The translations under genes were made by a program, and so were the position numbers. Of a DNA stretch of 64,000 bases, positions 62,836 through 64,000 are shown piece after piece. Under the pieces are notes generated by a model that was not told the origin of the DNA, searched no databases, and was given only the letters and a program-made list of their open reading frames with translations. The DNA is from Elusimicrobiota bacterium (GTDB taxonomy: Bacteria > Elusimicrobiota > Elusimicrobia > UBA1565 > UBA9628), in assembly GCA_030696455.1 (NCBI GenBank), contig JAUYSH010000023.1, positions 3,492 through 67,491 of the forward strand, written 5' to 3'. Within the stretch, counting starts at the first letter, position 1. Every line of letters begins with the position of its first letter.

Positions 62836-64000
62836 CTATTGGATGTCTTCGGCCGGCGGCATGCCCGGCAAATTCGGCTCCGCCGCGCCACGGCGGCCCT
62901 TGGCCGCGGACTTGGCGGGCTTCTTCGGCGCCGGCTTCTTCGCCGGCGCCTCGTCGGCGGGCATCACCATCGTCCCGCCGCCTTCGGGGGCGACCTGGCC
63001 GTCTACGTCGGGCGACGCCCTCTGAGGCGCCGCCTTCTTGACCTTGGCGCCGCCGGGGGACTTGCGCAAGATCGCGGCGCGGGCCGCGGCTTTCTGTGCT
63101 AAGTCCTTCGGGGCCGCGCGCGCGTAGTCCTCGTACACGTCGGCGGCGGACGACGCGTCGCCGGCCTTTTCATAAGCCTCGCCGAGCTTCGCGAGCGCCT
63201 GGAGGCGGAACGCCGAGCCGAGCGGCTTCATCGTCCGCATCTGCTCCCAGGTCGCCTGCGCCTCGTCGGGCCGGCCCGCGGCCGTGTTCACCTCTGAAAT
63301 ACGATACATCACCTCGAGCGCGAGCTCCCCGTCCGCCTTGCCCGTGTTCTTGATCGCCTCGAGGGTCGCGACCGCGCCGTCATAGTCCTTGCGGTCGCGC
63401 TGGATCTGGTAGGTCTCCCAGAGGGCGTTCTGCGCCTGAGCGTCGCCGGGCTTGGCCGCCGCGATGTACTTCTGGTAGGCGTACTGCGCCATGTCGAGCT
63501 TGCCGAGCTTCTTATACGCCAGCGCGAGATTGAACTGCGCGGGCGGGACGTAAGGCGAGGAGGGGTACTCCTCGATCAGCCGCGCGTAATGACGCGTCGC
63601 TTCGTCGAACTTCTCCAGGTTGTAGTAGGCGCTCGCCAGGTGGAACACGGCCAGCGGCGTGTCCTCCGACTTCTCGAAGTTGTTCAGCAGCCGCTCGAAG
63701 GCCGGAATGGAATCCTGCCAATTCCCCTGGTTGAACCGGCTCTCGCCCAGGTAGAACTGGGCTTTGGGCAGCTCGGGGTGGTTCGTGAAGTCCACCGAGA
63801 ACTTCTGGAAGTCGGCGGCGGCCGACGCCCAGTCCTTGGACTCGAACGCGCGCCGCGCGAGGCGGAACTGCGCCTCGCCGCCGATCGGCGTGCCCGGCTG
63901 GGAGGTCACGATCTGCCGCAGGCTCGCCTTGTAGTCGAGCCCCCGGTTGCGGTCGAAGACGCCTTCCAGGATGTCGAGGCCGTCGTTGGACTCCGGCGCC
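62836..64000 (-). CDS. TPR-repeat protein (YbgF/CpoB-like), 5'-truncated by the window edge
   Basis: Multiple TPR-like repeats (AQFYLGESRFNQGNW, AVFHLASAYYNLEKFDEA, AQFNLALAYKKLGKLDMA). The reading frame stays open upstream of the listed GTG (63909) to position 64000. Confidence 0.7.
   Translation of the reverse strand, partial: APESNDGLDILEGVFDRNRGLDYKASLRQIVTSQPGTPIGGEAQFRLARRAFESKDWASAAADFQKFSVDFTNHPELPKAQFYLGESRFNQGNWQDSIPAFERLLNNFEKSEDTPLAVFHLASAYYNLEKFDEATRHYARLIEEYPSSPYVPPAQFNLALAYKKLGKLDMAQYAYQKYIAAAKPGDAQAQNALWETYQIQRDRKDYDGAVATLEAIKNTGKADGELALEVMYRISEVNTAAGRPDEAQATWEQMRTMKPLGSAFRLQALAKLGEAYEKAGDASSAADVYEDYARAAPKDLAQKAAARAAILRKSPGGAKVKKAAPQRASPDVDGQVAPEGGGTMVMPADEAPAKKPAPKKPAKSAAKGRRGAAEPNLPGMPPAEDIQ

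Noticed and set aside
62836-63909. Treating the TPR gene as complete with a start at 63909
   Set aside because: The codon at 63909 is GTG, and the frame remains open upstream to the window edge (…LDYKASLRQIV-TSQPG). The gene is therefore more likely truncated by the window, and I annotated it as partial to 64000.

Overview
High-GC (about 70%) bacterial chromosomal segment, densely coded and mostly on the minus strand. Many long ORFs in the six-frame track are antisense or alternate-frame shadows, or carry Arg/Gly/Pro-rich N-terminal extensions, so I trimmed or rejected them. The dominant feature is one co-directional, translationally coupled lipid cluster (8462-28983, minus strand): a PUFA-synthase-type operon (pfaD, pfaA with 3 tandem ACPs, pfaC-like KS-CLF-AT-DH-DH) runs straight into a complete oleABCD head-to-head olefin operon. 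Two lipoprotein genes are wedged between pfaA and pfaC. About 3.5 kb away (953-4909, plus strand) a 1318-aa secreted/membrane protein appears to fuse an alpha-dioxygenase/cyclooxygenase-like heme domain to a caleosin (peroxygenase)-like domain. I rank this possible single-polypeptide oxylipin enzyme as the most novel item. Other content: RNase HI with a C-terminal hybrid-binding domain, a MazEF-like TA pair, SpoVG, a PAS histidine kinase with response regulator, an SF1 helicase, ClsB-SixA-GGDEF, an orphan Cas4-like nuclease, RsmD, a REC-MBL fusion, Nfo, ALDH, a VanX-like dipeptidase, and tRNA-Ala(GGC) with a displaced 22-nt copy of its 3' end. Further along are a desaturase-MBL-NUDIX operon, tRNA-Leu(GAG), secG-pgk-arginase-gap, ppdK, and a clearly AT-richer two-gene island (56124-59116) preceded by a structured leader with an intrinsic terminator. 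The window ends with a Tol/Ton-like cluster. All family calls come from motif recognition by eye; no database search was possible.
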